This document shows, piece by piece, positions 49,567 through 64,000 of a DNA stretch of 64,000 nt. The position numbers and the translations under genes were made by a program. The notes under the pieces are model-generated. The model was not told the DNA's origin. It saw only the letters and a list, made by a program, of their open reading frames with translations, and searched no databases. Numbering within the stretch: the first letter of the stretch is position 1; each line of letters opens with the position of its first letter. The stretch is from the human T2T-CHM13v2.0 reference genome, Homo sapiens. The DNA is taken from NCBI RefSeq assembly GCF_009914755.1, contig NC_060927.1; one strand, 5' to 3'.

Positions 49567-52500
49567 CTCTCTTCTTACTTATATCTGCAGGAGATGCAGC
49601 CAACATGCAATGAAGACAATGATTTTCATTTTAAGAGTGGCAGAGAAAGATGAATGCAATACCAATCCTGTAATGTTATAATGCCCCTAAATTAATCACC
49701 CCCAAATCACCTCTTCTCCAGTTTCTTCTTTTATGTGGTAGAATACACGTCTCACAGTTAAGAAAATTTTGTATGTCTTCTGTAATCTGCAGCTAAAAGC
49801 ATCTTTACTGATAAGCTTGCTAAAATATATGACTTTTAACTGATACTGAATATATGCAGTGCTTCTGTTCCTATACCAGGACAGGTTAAGGGTCTCTTTT
49901 GCCACGTTAGTCATTAAATATAATAAAGCTTACATACAGACACTTAAAAAAAAAAACTTTTCTTAAAAAAAAAAGTATATCTGGCACTTGTTTGATCTTA
50001 ACCCTAAGTTGTAGCTCTGGAACTTTAAGAGAATCTCAAGAAGTCAAATCATGGAGGAAGACTAAATTCAAACAAGAGTCTGGCAGCCATTCTCGGCTGG
50101 GTTCCTCGTCAGAATTTAAGGACACAAAATGTAATGTGAATGACGATTTTCTTACCTCTGTCAAGGATGATCCATAACTATTGCACTGTTGTCATTCTAG
50201 TTGCATAGGAAAGAAGTTAATTCACTATAGACAAAGAATGCCTTAGGGCATTGGGGCATAATCCTCTCCCAGGACACCAGTTGTGAAAGGATGTTCTGGC
50301 TGTTAATCCCCTGGTTCATCTACAGTCCCTCAAGCCCTCCTCCAACCCCATCTATCTAACACCAACAAAACCTGTAACAGCAGAACCTTCCTGAACCCTT
50401 GGATCTCCAGATTACACTTTATATACAATACTTTTGGAATTGTTTTTGTAACGACATCATATAGAGATTCAAATCTATATTATAATGTCTGACATATATT
50501 TAAATAAATGCTTGATGTTGAAAAATAATCATGGGGCAGCTTGTATGATCATTATGACTATGCCATAATCAAGTCCATACTTCTGATAAACAGGAAATAT
50601 TAAAATTGATTTTATTGTGTACTTATTCCATATTTTCTTGTTCTCATGTGTTTTAGTTTTGAGATTATTGGCATTATCTCTAAAAAAAATTACCTTTTAC
50701 AATATTCCATTTGTTTCGCCAACAGCAAGGCTTTGCTGGTGCTTTTAGTTAAGCCAAATACATTTGTACCTATATTTCTCATGAGGCGAAAAAATACATT
50801 TTTCAATCGACATCTAGTCCTTTGAAAATAGGGTATATAAAGAGAGTAAAATCCAAACAGAGGATGTCTGAAATTAAAACTTCAGTACTCCTGTTTATAT
50901 GTGAGGGGAATGGGGGACTACTAGGGGCATTTCAAATGCAAATTCAAAGAGCACTTTGTGACACAGTGTAAGCACCATCTCATAGTCTTAGGTTTGACTA
51001 ATTGAATTGCTATTGATAAGATGTCACTTAAAGAGACATCTCTGCAGTGAAACATGAGTTTGCTGTAAATGACCTGTCATTAATGTCATGGGTAACATCC
51101 GTGTCTAGACTGAATTAAAATGTATCTACTAGCAATATGCTCAGGAGGAGCTAAACCAGCAAGGATGGGAAGAACTCAGTGTCCAAGGCCCACTAGAGAA
51201 TTATGCCTCAGGTGCTATGTTAATTTACTTGCTGGCAAACATTAATTGAAGTCAATAAACAAACCAGGTGAAAAAGCTAGGGATTGCTGCTACATTAATT
51301 GCCAACTAGAGTCAGACATATTTTTACTTTAAAAATATGTGAAATATTTTGAATTCTTAAGTTACATTAATGTAGCTAATATGATTAATTTTGTAGAATT
51401 TTCAAAAAAAAGGTGACAATAGAGGTGATAATATTGACACTGCAATTCATAAACAAGGTTTTAATTTAAAAATAAACTTTTAAAATAATGTTTTGGCCAA
51501 ATTTAGTCTGGAATCATTTAAATGAATAAAATTTAAATTCAAGGGAGATATAAATATTTTTCATAAAGACCACATATTTATTAAATACCCACTTTGTGAA
51601 TTGAAACCATGAGTGTTTCTATGTCTGTGTTGGATTTTGGCATCTCTGCTATTTTAAAGAAATATCTATTAACTACACAAACAGGTAAAAAGATTTTCTG
51701 CAACCTGCCATAGTAGCAATCTATGGAAACATTTTTCATTTTAAAAAATCATGTATTTTAATTCTTCATATCCTGCCTGCACCCTTTTAAAATCTCAGTG
51801 CAGTTATAAAATATTGGCCATGATTCTACCTGTGAACATGACTCAAATGCAATACACAGTCCCTCTTACAAAGAGGACAAACATTTTTCAAAACACATTT
51901 TAGAGACAACACATAGTACCTATACAATTTAGTAGCATTGTATGTTTTTATGTAAACCAAAGGTCCCATGTATAGCAACCTGCTTTTTATTTTAAACATA
52001 TTTTTAAAATTCAGGGTCATTTCTAGATTAATGTTCTTTAAGACTTTTCAGTGGCTTCAAAATTAGAAAAAATAATCACGCCCCAAGTGCTTATCTTGTT
52101 ATGTCAGAAGGCACACGACTGCGTGTGTGTATTTGTGTGTGTAAATATATGTATTTATTTGTATATTTAGATATATCCCCCCCCACAGGAAATTTTTTTT
52201 AGTTAACTCATAACTAAAGACTGTACTTTTTTTATTTACTGTTCCTAGTACTCCACTCTCTATGAAGTTGATATAAATGAGCAGAAATTCCTTTAATCTT
52301 GAAAGGTATCTCACCTTTTGGTAGATATGGAGAGCTGAAAAAATCTCAGATTTCCTCAGAATTTCAGCAGCAAATACAATATGCCAATGGGTTGTCACTT
52401 GATAAAGAAAACATGTATGTGCAATGTCACAGTCTAAAAAGTTCTACATTAATTTCATCCCCTCTCATATTTCATCGATAACTCTTTGTTTTGTTATACC

Positions 52501-54784
52501 GTTTCTGACCTTCAATGTTAACCTTGACTGACAATAAGTAGAAGTGTAAAAGGTGAAATATTTGTAAACCAACTACAACAAACTATAATTTAAAAATAAA
52601 TCACATTTTAATACTAGTATTTATAATTACACATATCAAAGATATATACCTTTTAAACATGACTACAATTTTTTTGGTGTAAAAACTATGTACACAAAAT
52701 TTCCATGTATTTGATGTAATCATTTCTCTGGTTAATTTTCAATAGCATAAGCCAGAAAAAGACTTAATTTCAGTCCCTTCAAATTGTTCCCAGTTAAAAA
52801 TCATGATTTTACTCATTTTGTTAAAATTTCTTTATTAAGCCATTTAATGAAAACCTTCATATAGCAAGTTCTCTTCCAAGAAAGCACTATAGTTTGGCAT
52901 GATTACCTTTTTTAATGATTGAAACTCTTCATAGACTATATAAAGAATAACATGAAATAAAGTGCTAGCTATTTTAGGAAATTTTTTTAAATTGGGTAAA
53001 ATTCTAAAGTACATAAGAAATATATAATCAAATGTTGACCATATGGAAATGTTTTACATATTAGATATATTTTCAATTTTTATTACATTGTTTCCGTAGC
53101 ACATTTTATTTGAGAATTGTTGAAATTTAATTCTTAATGAATAGCCATGTAATGTTCCTTGGTTTGAATATTTGTATTATGTTCATTTCATTTTCAATGT
53201 AAGGTTCTTTTTTCCCAATCCCTTAGGAAATTTTAGCCTTTTGCTTTTTCTTTACAACTAACTTTGAACAGAGGGTCAGATTGCCAGCTAGATCCACTGT
53301 GTAATTCTCACAGCACGACTTGGCCTAGCTCCAGGGAATGAAGTCGGCCTCTGGCTGAGGGAAAGTTAGAGGTTATGACTAAAAGGCTTACTTCAAAGCC
53401 CACACTCTGACATGCACAGAAATTCATATAAAGCTAATTAAAATTTCCATATGAAGTAAAAGGAAAACTGAATCATAATTAAGACTAGTTAGTACATATC
53501 TATTTAAAAACAATCTCACTTAGAAAAAAAAGTGCTGTGTTTGTTTATTATTGACTGTTTCCAATCCTTGGAAAAGCAATATTTCAGTAAAATTAGAGCA
53601 AATTTAAGAGGGTACTTTGTGGTTATATCCATCCAATTGCTGTATTTTTCTCATTTCTGACTGCCTAAAGCTTATACACATAATTTGCTCTTCATTTTGC
53701 TTTGCATCATTGTTGAAACTATGTCAAGTTTTATTATATGAGGGAAGGAGATTGGAAAGAAAAAACCTATACACACAAACTGTTTGCCACTAGAAAAGAA
53801 AGGCTGGCATTTGGCTGTCTGCTAACTAATTAAATGTCACTGAGTCCAGAGGCTAAATACGCATCAGTTGATGATTTGGTAGATTTTACTGCTGCATATG
53901 TAGATTTAATTATAGAGTGATTGAAATTAATAAAGTGGCAGTACCTCCCAGAAACATATTTTATGGCCCATCCCATGATTTCTCTGTGAAAGATCTTGCC
54001 AACCATTGTCCTTTACATAATGTTTTACTTTGCTAAATTCATTAGAGAGATAATTATATTGCAAATTAACAAGCATTCACCTGTGTATTATCCCCATTGA
54101 TGATTCTCCATTTGATGCAAAGTTAACATTTTGTTTCTTCATCTACTAGGTGCTAAGGATCTTTCCCTAACAATCATGGTTTAGAGAAATCTTCCCTACA
54201 TTATCCTATACACTGTAACCCAGGAAATGCTATACTTTTTCCTCTAGGATATATACAAACACAGGTGTTTTCTCATAATCATAGTCCCTAAATGAAGGGA
54301 GGGGAGATATGATTTCCTAATTATGTTGCTTTTTAAATATTAAGAGTGATAAGAATCAAATATTGAGGACACTCTATTTGGCCAAAATCACATATATCTG
54401 ATTCCTATGTAATTATATAGTCACTCACTGAATATTCATTCTAATGCAACAAAGTGATATATATGATCAAAATTAATGTTTACTCATAAACACATATTTT
54501 AATTTGGTATTCATTTCATTCATTTTGTAATATCTACAAAGCAAGTTTCATCCCCTCTCCACTTGGGGGCCAATAAAAAAAATTTAACCCAAAATGAATG
54601 GATTGGTGTACCAACAGCTAATAGGTAAGTATATTTCATTTGAGAATGCTTTCTTTTCATTTCATTTCATTTCATTAGAGTTAATATAAAAACATCAGAT
54701 CTCTAACATCTGGCAGAAACATGTACCAAAAGTTCTGTTCTTTGAAGGAATGGCAGTTGAAACAGTAATTTGTAATCACTGTGA

Positions 54785-55059
<275 letters not shown>

Positions 55060-55349
55060 TGTTTCCTATATTTCAAAGTTGAGCCATTTCCTTTTCTACA
55101 TTTTAGTCAGCAAACTTGCTAGAAGGGTGATTTTAAAATAACGGTGATAGTCCTTTTCATATAATTGCCCCACTTTAATATATCTCTGTCTCTTGTGGAA
55201 TGAAATTGTGACATCAGTTATTAATGAAAGAAAGTAATATTTTTAAAAAGTGTGTGTGTGAAGGCAGAATGAGTGCCTATGATTTTTTCTAAATGAGATG
55301 CTTAGAAAGACACAAGACAATTAATTGTATGGTATTTTAATGGGATGTC

Positions 55350-55530
55350 CCTGTTTTGCAACAAAAGGTCTGCATCAGAATCATCTGTAAAGCATGTAAA
55401 GTATGTCCCTGAGCTCCTTGGATCTATGTATGGACTCAAATTCTCCAAGGCTTGGATGGGGCCTGGGTATTTAAATTTTAAAAAGCCTAACTAGGTGATT
55501 TGGTGCTGACCCCTGGTTAGGAGCCACTGG
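55350..55530. mobile_element. MER5A/B
   Basis: ctgcatcagaatcatctg...ggggcctggg...taggtgattt...ggttaggagccactg. Confidence 0.7.
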
Positions 55531-55964
55531 ATTAAAGTAAGGCAGAGATGAAGCAATAAAATTACCCAATGCTGTCTATCCCAAAACATCCTAGATGCTG
55601 TAAGGAGTCTGTAATTCCTGCCATATTCAAAAAACAAAACAAAAAACAATAAAAAGCATTACATATTGAGTAGGCACAAATATTAGCCCACCCTATACTT
55701 CAGGATAGATTGATGGTATGCAAATATTCTAAATTATGACATGAGAATATAATACAGATGAAGCCCCTAGCATACCCAAATGTTATAGGAATTCTAACCT
55801 CTGCCTAAACGATTTTCAAAATGTGTTTTGTAATAAAATTCAACTTGAGAATATACAAATCATACCTGTTCAGCTGTTTGGGAAGTAAGTTTGTAGGTGA
55901 AATAAGTTTTTTTTATCATAGGAAATTTCTAGGAGGTGGGGGAGAACAGAAACTGAAACAAATG

Positions 55965-56312
55965 TCATCATGCATCACTTGATTGTGGGGATTCTGTCTG
56001 AGAATTGAGTTATTATGTGATTTCTTAGTTATGTGAACAACATTGCATGAATTTCCACAAACCTAGAGTGTGGTCTATAAAACATATAGATGAGGTATGT
56101 ATTAGTCTACACCCTCTAGGTTTGTGTATACAAACCCATCCAGTATGTTACTATATTAAATATTATAAATAATTATAATGCATTCATAAATATTTGTGTA
56201 TGTAAACATACCTAAACATAAAAATATACAGTAAAAATATAGTGGTATAATCTTATGGGGCTACTATCATATATGAAGTCAAGTGTTGATAAAAATATCG
56301 TTACACATGACA
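55965..56312 (-). mobile_element. Tigger3a/MER7 element
   Basis: cctaaacataaaaatatacagtaaaaatatagtggtataatcttatgggg...catgac. Confidence 0.8.
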
Positions 56313-56699
56313 ATATTTAAAATTTGAGACTAGATCAGTCATTACAATATAGACATCATATATATCACATATAAAATTTACACAATTTAAAAAAGATATT
56401 AATATACTTTATTTAAAATTATTTTCTTAAATTGTTATTTTATGATAAGGAAATAGAATAGCTGTTCCTCAGTCAGCCACATCAAACAGGAAAGGATTTT
56501 GAATAAAATTTCTTCCATGACTATATATACCAAATCTTGCTGTCTGTTCCCATTCTCAGCCAAAAGTGTTTAAAAAAAGTTCTAGTCTATGGTTTATGAG
56601 TCTCAAATTTGAGTCCATTTCCATTTTCTGTGCTCCCTTGCCGCTCTATGAAAATCTCCAACTATGAGAAAAAACTTCCTTTACTCAAAATTCACCGGG

Positions 56700-57890
56700 C
56701 ACTTTTGGCACCCTGTCTTATTTCAGTTTTAAGAAACAGTTGACAAACTCTTTTTCTTTGACTTTCTTGACACTATGTTTTCCTCTTGCTTTTTTCTACT
56801 TTCAGATGCCAATCATCACTTACAAGATGATGTTCCTAATGACCTTATCCTGGGCGTTTTTTATACTTTATTTTAGTTTAAGTGACCCTCTTTGATTAGC
56901 TTACATTTTCATGTTTTAAAGTGCAATATGTATGCTGAAGACTCCCAATCCCTTTCTCTTTTCCATATCTCAATCATGAGTTTTAGACCTGTAACTATCC
57001 ATTAAACGACATTATTTCCGAAACCCAAATTATCATCTATACCGCCATAGCAGTCCCCAAAATAACTAACCAAAGATTTCCTATTCTATGAATTGAATCT
57101 TCCATCAAATTACTTGCTTCAGATACCCGAGTGTCATTCTCAAGTCTTTTCCATCTCCAATCGATAAATCCGCAAGGGCTACACTTTTTACCTCCTAAAA
57201 CTTTGAAACCATTTCACCATCACTCATTTTTTCATCTAGATTGGACTCCCATTACCTCTGCACAGATAACAAGTGCCCAATTATCTTCTTATCTTCTATA
57301 TTTCCCATTAACCATACAGTTAGAAAAACTTTCTCATATGCAAATATAATCTTATTTCCATTGTTAGTGAGATATTGTTGTAGGATGACAAAATTAGATA
57401 TTGTTGTTAGGATATAGGATGACAACATTTTTTCCCTTGTGAGAAAAATTCAAATACTGAGTAACCTGGAAGAAAGCTCCACAAACTCACCTCTTCTCAG
57501 TCGAATCTTTCACTATACTTATCTCTCCTTTTTACCCCTCCCAGACCCCACTCACCCATGTAAGCCATCAGTGCTAAAGATGGGCTGAATTGGATTTAAA
57601 TCTTTAAGTGGACCTTAGTCTTTCTCACCTCCAGACTATTTCCTTTCTTATTCCTCTGGCTCCCACCATCCTCTTCACTTCAGGTGTAGGTCTGGATGTC
57701 AGTTTTTCCAAACATTCTCCTTGACTAATCACAATCATGGTATAGGAGTGTTTTTGCTGTACTATCATATTCTCTGTACTTACTCTATCATTATTTATCA
57801 CACTGCTTTGAGTTGTCTGTTATCTTCCTGTATTTCCCACTATTGTGTACTTTTTTTGAAAGTAGAATAAATGGCTATGTTGTTCTCACA
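56700..57890 (+). mobile_element. L2 fragments
   Basis: Pyrimidine-rich L2-like tract (ttgactttcttgacact, tatgtatgctgaagactccca, atttatcacactg). Confidence 0.55.
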
Positions 57891-57906
57891 TATGCCAAAT
57901 TCTTAG

Positions 57907-58299
<393 letters not shown>

Positions 58300-58699
58300 T
58301 AACTGTTTTCTTTTGGCTCCTTCATAGTTTGTAAATATGCATGAGTCTCTCACATCTAAAAAACATACAAAGCAAAACAAACAAAAAACATCACCCAATG
58401 CCTGCTCTGTACCACCAACCAGCCTCATGAAAATTCAATTATACTATCTGTACTTTATTTGTGTTGTATTTAATTTTTTTCTGACTATAATTTCACTTCC
58501 ATCTCCATTCCAACACTAAAACTGTTTTGCAAAAAATTGCCTTTGGCAAATGCAGTAAGCATTTATATTCACTGTTCTTGTGTTATTTCCTAAAACTCTT
58601 TCTTCATACTGAGAAGCTTCACTGGACTCCTGCATTCCTACTTGTGATTGAGAATAGAGCTTAGTAAAACAAAACACAGCAAACACACACAAAACTTCT

Positions 58700-59240
58700 T
58701 GCTCTAAATTTCAAATTGCGGAGTGCGTACAAGTCACCTAGGGATTTTGTGGAAATACAGCCACTACTTCCATAGGTCTGAGTGGGAGCGTCAAACTCCG
58801 TTTTTCTAAAAACCTCTCATGGGCACCAATGCTGCCAGTCTGTGGACCACACTAAGAGTAACGACCCTCTCAATCACAATGGAATAAAAAGGGAGTTTTA
58901 AAAATAGCTAACCCTGGGCATTTTTGGAGATTGTTTTAATTTGTCTGGATGCTACCTGGTTATTGAAATTGTTAAAGTTCCCTTGGTGATTCTAACACGT
59001 AGCAAAGTTTGAGAGCCAGTGCTCTGAATCGTAACAACCCCTTCTTGCATTAAAATCCATTTTCTAATGATACAGAATGGAATATGTGAATTACATGTGT
59101 GAATGAATGACCACTTAGACATTACCTCTGAAAAAGCATAGGCGGATGGATCCATACCTTCTGCATCATCTGGAAGAAACTGCATTTTTAACAAGCTATT
59201 TGGGTGGTTTGTGTGCACACTAACTTTGAGGAGTAATGCT
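58700..59240. mobile_element. Cluster of 2-3 MER5A/B fragments
   Basis: tcacctaggga...gtctgtggaccacact; ggtgattctaa...agtttgagagccagtg; ctgcatttttaacaagc. Confidence 0.6.
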
Positions 59241-59425
59241 TTAAGGCAACTTATTACTTCAAATAGGTCTCTAATATCTCAAGAATTATCAAGCTAGAGG
59301 GCAATAACTTCAGTAGCACAATAAGGAATTCTTTTACGAATTTCATCTAGAGTGTGTCTGGTATATCTATGCATATGATTCATTTTCCATGTTACAATGC
59401 AAGCTGACTCTTATTGAAATAGATG

Positions 59426-59628
59426 GCTGGGAGGCAGCATGATGGAGTGAAAATAGCATGCACGTTCAAATCTGAAAGATATGGGTTCAAATTCTTACTC
59501 TTCTCTGTTATTTGGAGAAAGTCATCCACCTCCTGTATAGTACTTTTCTTGGCTTTAAAATGAATAGATGTCTTGAGGATATTACTGTTCTCAATTAAAT
59601 CAAAATTTTTGCAAAAAGGTCTGACACT
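59426..59628 (+). mobile_element. MIR
   Basis: ggaggcagcatgatggagtgaaaatagcatg...tgggttcaaattc. Confidence 0.7.
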
Positions 59629-59957
<329 letters not shown>

Positions 59958-59964
59958 TCATAGA

Positions 59965-60590
59965 TTCATTCAGATATCTTGTATCCAACAATTATTTATT
60001 GAGCACATAACTATAAACAATAAGAAGTTAAAAAAGAAAAATAAGATTTTGTTTTTTGTAAAGCTCCATTCTACAGTGCGTGTGTAAAAAAAATTAAGTA
60101 AATGAGACAGAGAAGGCTTAGAAGAGTGAGGAACTCCTTTACAAAAGGAAATCAATGACATCCTCTCTGAGATCTGAATGATAAGAAAAACCATCCCTTG
60201 AAAATCTGGAGAGAAACATTTCAGGTAGATAACAGAGTAACTGCAAAGACTGAAGGTGTAACGGAGCTTGATGCATCCAAAGGATAGAGAGCAGGCTACT
60301 GAGGCTGAAACTAATGAGAGGAGAACATGAACAAATGAAGGTTGAAGGTTTAGGGAAGGGCCAAATAATTTGAAGTCTCAGGGGCAATGGTAAGAAGTTT
60401 GCATCTTAATTGCAAAGGTTAGGCACAGGAATTTCCAATTAAGATATAATCTAGTTTTTATTATTAAGATATTGTTCTGGCTTCTATGAGGAGAATTGAC
60501 TATGGTGGGGAGGAACTAACTGGTAAGTAACAAGGCCAATTATGAGGTTATTATACCAATACAAGGGAGATGTAATAATAGCTTAGACAA
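59965..60590 (-). mobile_element. L2a 3' end (further L2 bits at ~61060-61640 and ~63740-63810)
   Basis: tcattca...caacaattatttattgagcac...ctgagatctgaatgataagaa...ggcaatggtaagaagtttg. Confidence 0.7.
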
Positions 60591-63500
60591 ACAAAGAAAT
60601 CATAACTTTCAACATTTATCTTACATTCTGTGTTCTGTGGGTGTACCTCCTCAAAGTTTTAAATGCCTCACAATTCAGTGGACAATGTTAATCATATTGC
60701 ATGTCAGGCTACTCCTGAGATCATCCAAGTTGATGTTCCATGATCTACTTATGATAAACTATCAAAAAGACAGACTTGAATACATTCTTGCACTGGTAAC
60801 TGTCAGGGGATTTAAAGTGGAGCTCCGAAGTTTTCCCTAAATACATAGTTAAGTCTTTGTGACCCAGCAGGCATTGACTTAATGAAAATGTCCCTGAATC
60901 ATTTATTAATTTTACTCCCTAGTAATTTGGAGAGTTGTATAAGCAACATAAATTCAGTGTAATTTAACTGTAGCTTGAATATATTTCAATAGACTTCTTT
61001 GCTTCCAGTCTCTCAAACACATTTCAGTTTTTGTACTGGATGTATTGCTCAGTAATTCAAAACCACTTATTAATGGCTCTTACAGTACATCCAGGTACCA
61101 AACTAAACATTAGGCAAAATTCAGTGACCAAGATAACACTGTCATTATCTTCATAGAGCTCACTCTCTGCTGGGAGAATACAACCCAAAATATAGACAAT
61201 CCAAGAGAGTGCAATATGAGGCACTTAGGGTACTTTGAAAGCATATGTGAGATAGAGAAGTTCAGACAAGCTTCCTATAGAAAGAATGATTTTAACTATG
61301 AATTACATAATAAGCAGGACAAAGAAAGTGGAGGAGAAAGCAAATAATCAGAAGTGAAAGAGATTATGCCACCATCCATATTTCCCAAATATGCACGTTA
61401 GAATCCTCAATGTAATCAAATGCCTTATACTTAATCTAAGCCTACTGTGGTGAAGCAAGAAGACAAAAATTAATTTATTCATATGTTAATCAACTCAACA
61501 AATATATTCAGAACTTTCAACATTTTAGGCTGTAGTAATTGGAACACAGAAGTGAGCAAAAGAAAAGAATTTCTCTAAATCTTAACTTATATCAGAAGGC
61601 AGAGAGGCAAACAATGGACAAACAAGTCAGTCTTTTCCCAGCTCATTGTTTAAAGTCAATAATGTAAAAATATAACAGATGTTCTTTGTCCTATCAAAAA
61701 AAAAAAAATCCCACCTGTGTGACACCCTACAGTTTTTGAACAGGTCTGTCAGAAAGTAAGTGATTCATAAAAATCACCTGGCAGAGTTAAGCACAGGAAA
61801 CTCATGACAAGGCTGTCAGTGCTTTCCAGCTCACCAAGTGATGAATGCCATAAGGAATAAAGCTGCTTTAATTATTTCCCCCTGCAGTCTTTCTGCAATT
61901 CTAAGAATCTTCATCTTTCTTCTTTATTTACCTTGAGTTGCTTATTCCTTTCACCACCTATCTTCACATCTTATTCCCTCTAACTTCCATACTCCCGCTG
62001 GAAACCAGCCTCTTAGTCATCTACTTGGTTAGAGACTGACCTGGGATCCCTTTGAGGAGTGACAATGTACTTCTTCAAATAAGCCAGAGGGTACAGTTCA
62101 TCCTGGGGAATGTGTAAAAGTTTCACAGAGCCAATTTTATTTTTTCAGAAGGCTTTCTAAAATAATTCAGTAAGTTTAACACCAAATAAAATAATGGGGT
62201 GGTTCTTCTTTCAATTCAGCAGTGTACTCTTTCACAGTCCCAGCATCTACAATAAACAATTTTCCCACCAAGTAGAGAAACAGTTTACTGAGATTTAAAG
62301 ACAATGCAAAGTAAAAGACTCTCCCGAAAGGCATTAAAAATTAACTAGTGTCTTAAAATCCAGAAGAGAAATGCCAAAATAAAATCTGAATTTTTATCTA
62401 ACACAATGTAAACTTGATATAAATCAATGTTGTGCATAAAATCTTTAACATTCCCTCCATCTTGGCCAGCAAGTCCAATTATCCTCCAACATTTTCTGAT
62501 CAGTCATGCTGAGCTTATTCACCAGCCCTCCAGTTAGAAAATAATAAAAAGTCTGTAGGTGCATTGACACTCATAGAAAAAAGTTATTCGTGTGAGAACT
62601 GCAATCATTTTCTTTAGCGTTAAAAACAACGAAGAGTTCAGAGTCAGGAGGATATTTATTCACAAGAAGTTTCAATAATTTATATTATGCTGTTTTGAGT
62701 TAAAATGGGGAAAAGTATTCAAAGTAAATATGACTTGATATTTTTCCACCAAGTCTTATAAGAAAATACTAAGGCTACTGCATTGTGTATTTAATGTTAT
62801 TTAGAATTTTTGTTCATATATTTCATTCACTTGTAAGCAATCCCCGGCAGACTGCATCCTGAGGAAATTGTTTCCCGTGCACGAGTTACTCCAGTCTAGT
62901 GAAAGAGACACTCCAAAAATAGATAGGGGCAGTCCAATGTGATACATATTATAGAATGATGTGCCAATTGCTACTGAAATACTGAGAAGAATATGATAAA
63001 ATCTGTGCAGGTTTACTGAAGATGTCTGCAAATGAATAAGTAACACATAAATATGTTGGCTTAATGGCACAAAGTTGTTTCTGATTTCCTCATAATCACC
63101 CAGAGTTTAGGAAAAGAAATGAATGCATATAGGTTTATGTTTGTTAGCAGGATGTAATACTGTCTGGTTTATTGGATTGAGGCAAGAAAATGTAAGATTT
63201 TACAAAAAGGATATTGACCATTTCCCAAAGTTTTAAGTCATTAATCTTGACCTCTGCCACATGTATGAGATGAACAAGAGAAATTTAAGTCAAAAGCCTC
63301 TAAGACTGCCAGTTAGTCATGAATTCAAAGCTAGATGGGCTGACCAAAATGATATCTGGAAAATGTTTAAAGATTGATCATAGAGACAAAGGGATGAAAT
63401 AAGTATAATTTTTAACATGATATTCCTGGAGCTAAACCTTTGTATACTCTCCATCTGCCAACTTTTCCTTATAAGTGGTCTGGGTTTGGTTTAACTCCTT

Positions 63501-64000
63501 AAGGGGAGTGCAAGTTTGGGGAACTCAAAGCAATTATAATCAAATCAATATATATAATACATGAATGATGTTCATATATTACATTACCACAAAACACAAA
63601 AGAACATGTTTCAATTAGCAAATGGAGGCTATTTCACATTTATTATTTTAGAAATATATGAAACAGAAGATTAAAAACAAAAATCCTAAGTCATAGAAGA
63701 GAAAGAAGCTAGGGAAAAGATTACTGTTTTGGAAGGTGTTCAAGAAATCTTTATGGTGTATCTACTAAGGACCAGCCACTCTTCAAAGCACTGGAGATAC
63801 CTTGTGGTCCAGTGTTTAGTACTGGTCCAGTTTAGTACTCATAAATAATTTTCCTAGGATACACTGTTAAAGCAATGTAGCGATAATAAAATCAGAAATA
63901 TTATCAGAGCAAATTGGTTTTACTAACTTGAAGTTTTCAGACTGCTCCTTGAGATTCAAATTATCTTCATGTATTAGAAATAAACTGATGCAGTTCAGAA

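Noticed and set aside
54621-54630. Consensus plus-strand donor atag|gtaagt, and acceptor-like ctctttttag at ~18370
   Set aside because: Isolated sites with no convincing partner site or open frame; expected by chance.

Overview
This is AT-rich, CpG-depleted primate genomic DNA, very probably human given a near-consensus AluY, L1PA3/4 and THE1 elements. It is either intergenic or deep inside an intron. I find no protein-coding exon of a recognisable gene, no RNA gene and no CpG island. The long ORFs in the track are decayed L1 ORF2 pieces, Tigger1 transposase pieces, or Alu and microsatellite read-throughs. Roughly half the window is interspersed repeats, many of them nested. These include a 5'-truncated L1PA4-like element (9.8-12.4 kb), an end-to-end Tigger1 (35.7-39.7 kb) carrying a ~150-bp L1 stub and a twin-primed, 5'-inverted L1PA3, old L1M/L2/MIR pieces, about 12 MaLR/ERV LTRs, several MER/Tigger/Charlie DNA elements and 9 Alus. 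Between them are multi-kb repeat-poor blocks that could hold enhancers. The most notable observations are a CTCF motif apparently built from an MLT1F LTR with locally retained CpGs, the twin-primed L1, an almost mutation-free AluY, a fold-back inverted duplication inside Tigger3a, and several local duplications. I cannot support a new biological system from this sequence. Subfamily names come from remembered consensus sequences rather than a RepeatMasker run, and boundaries of old elements are approximate.
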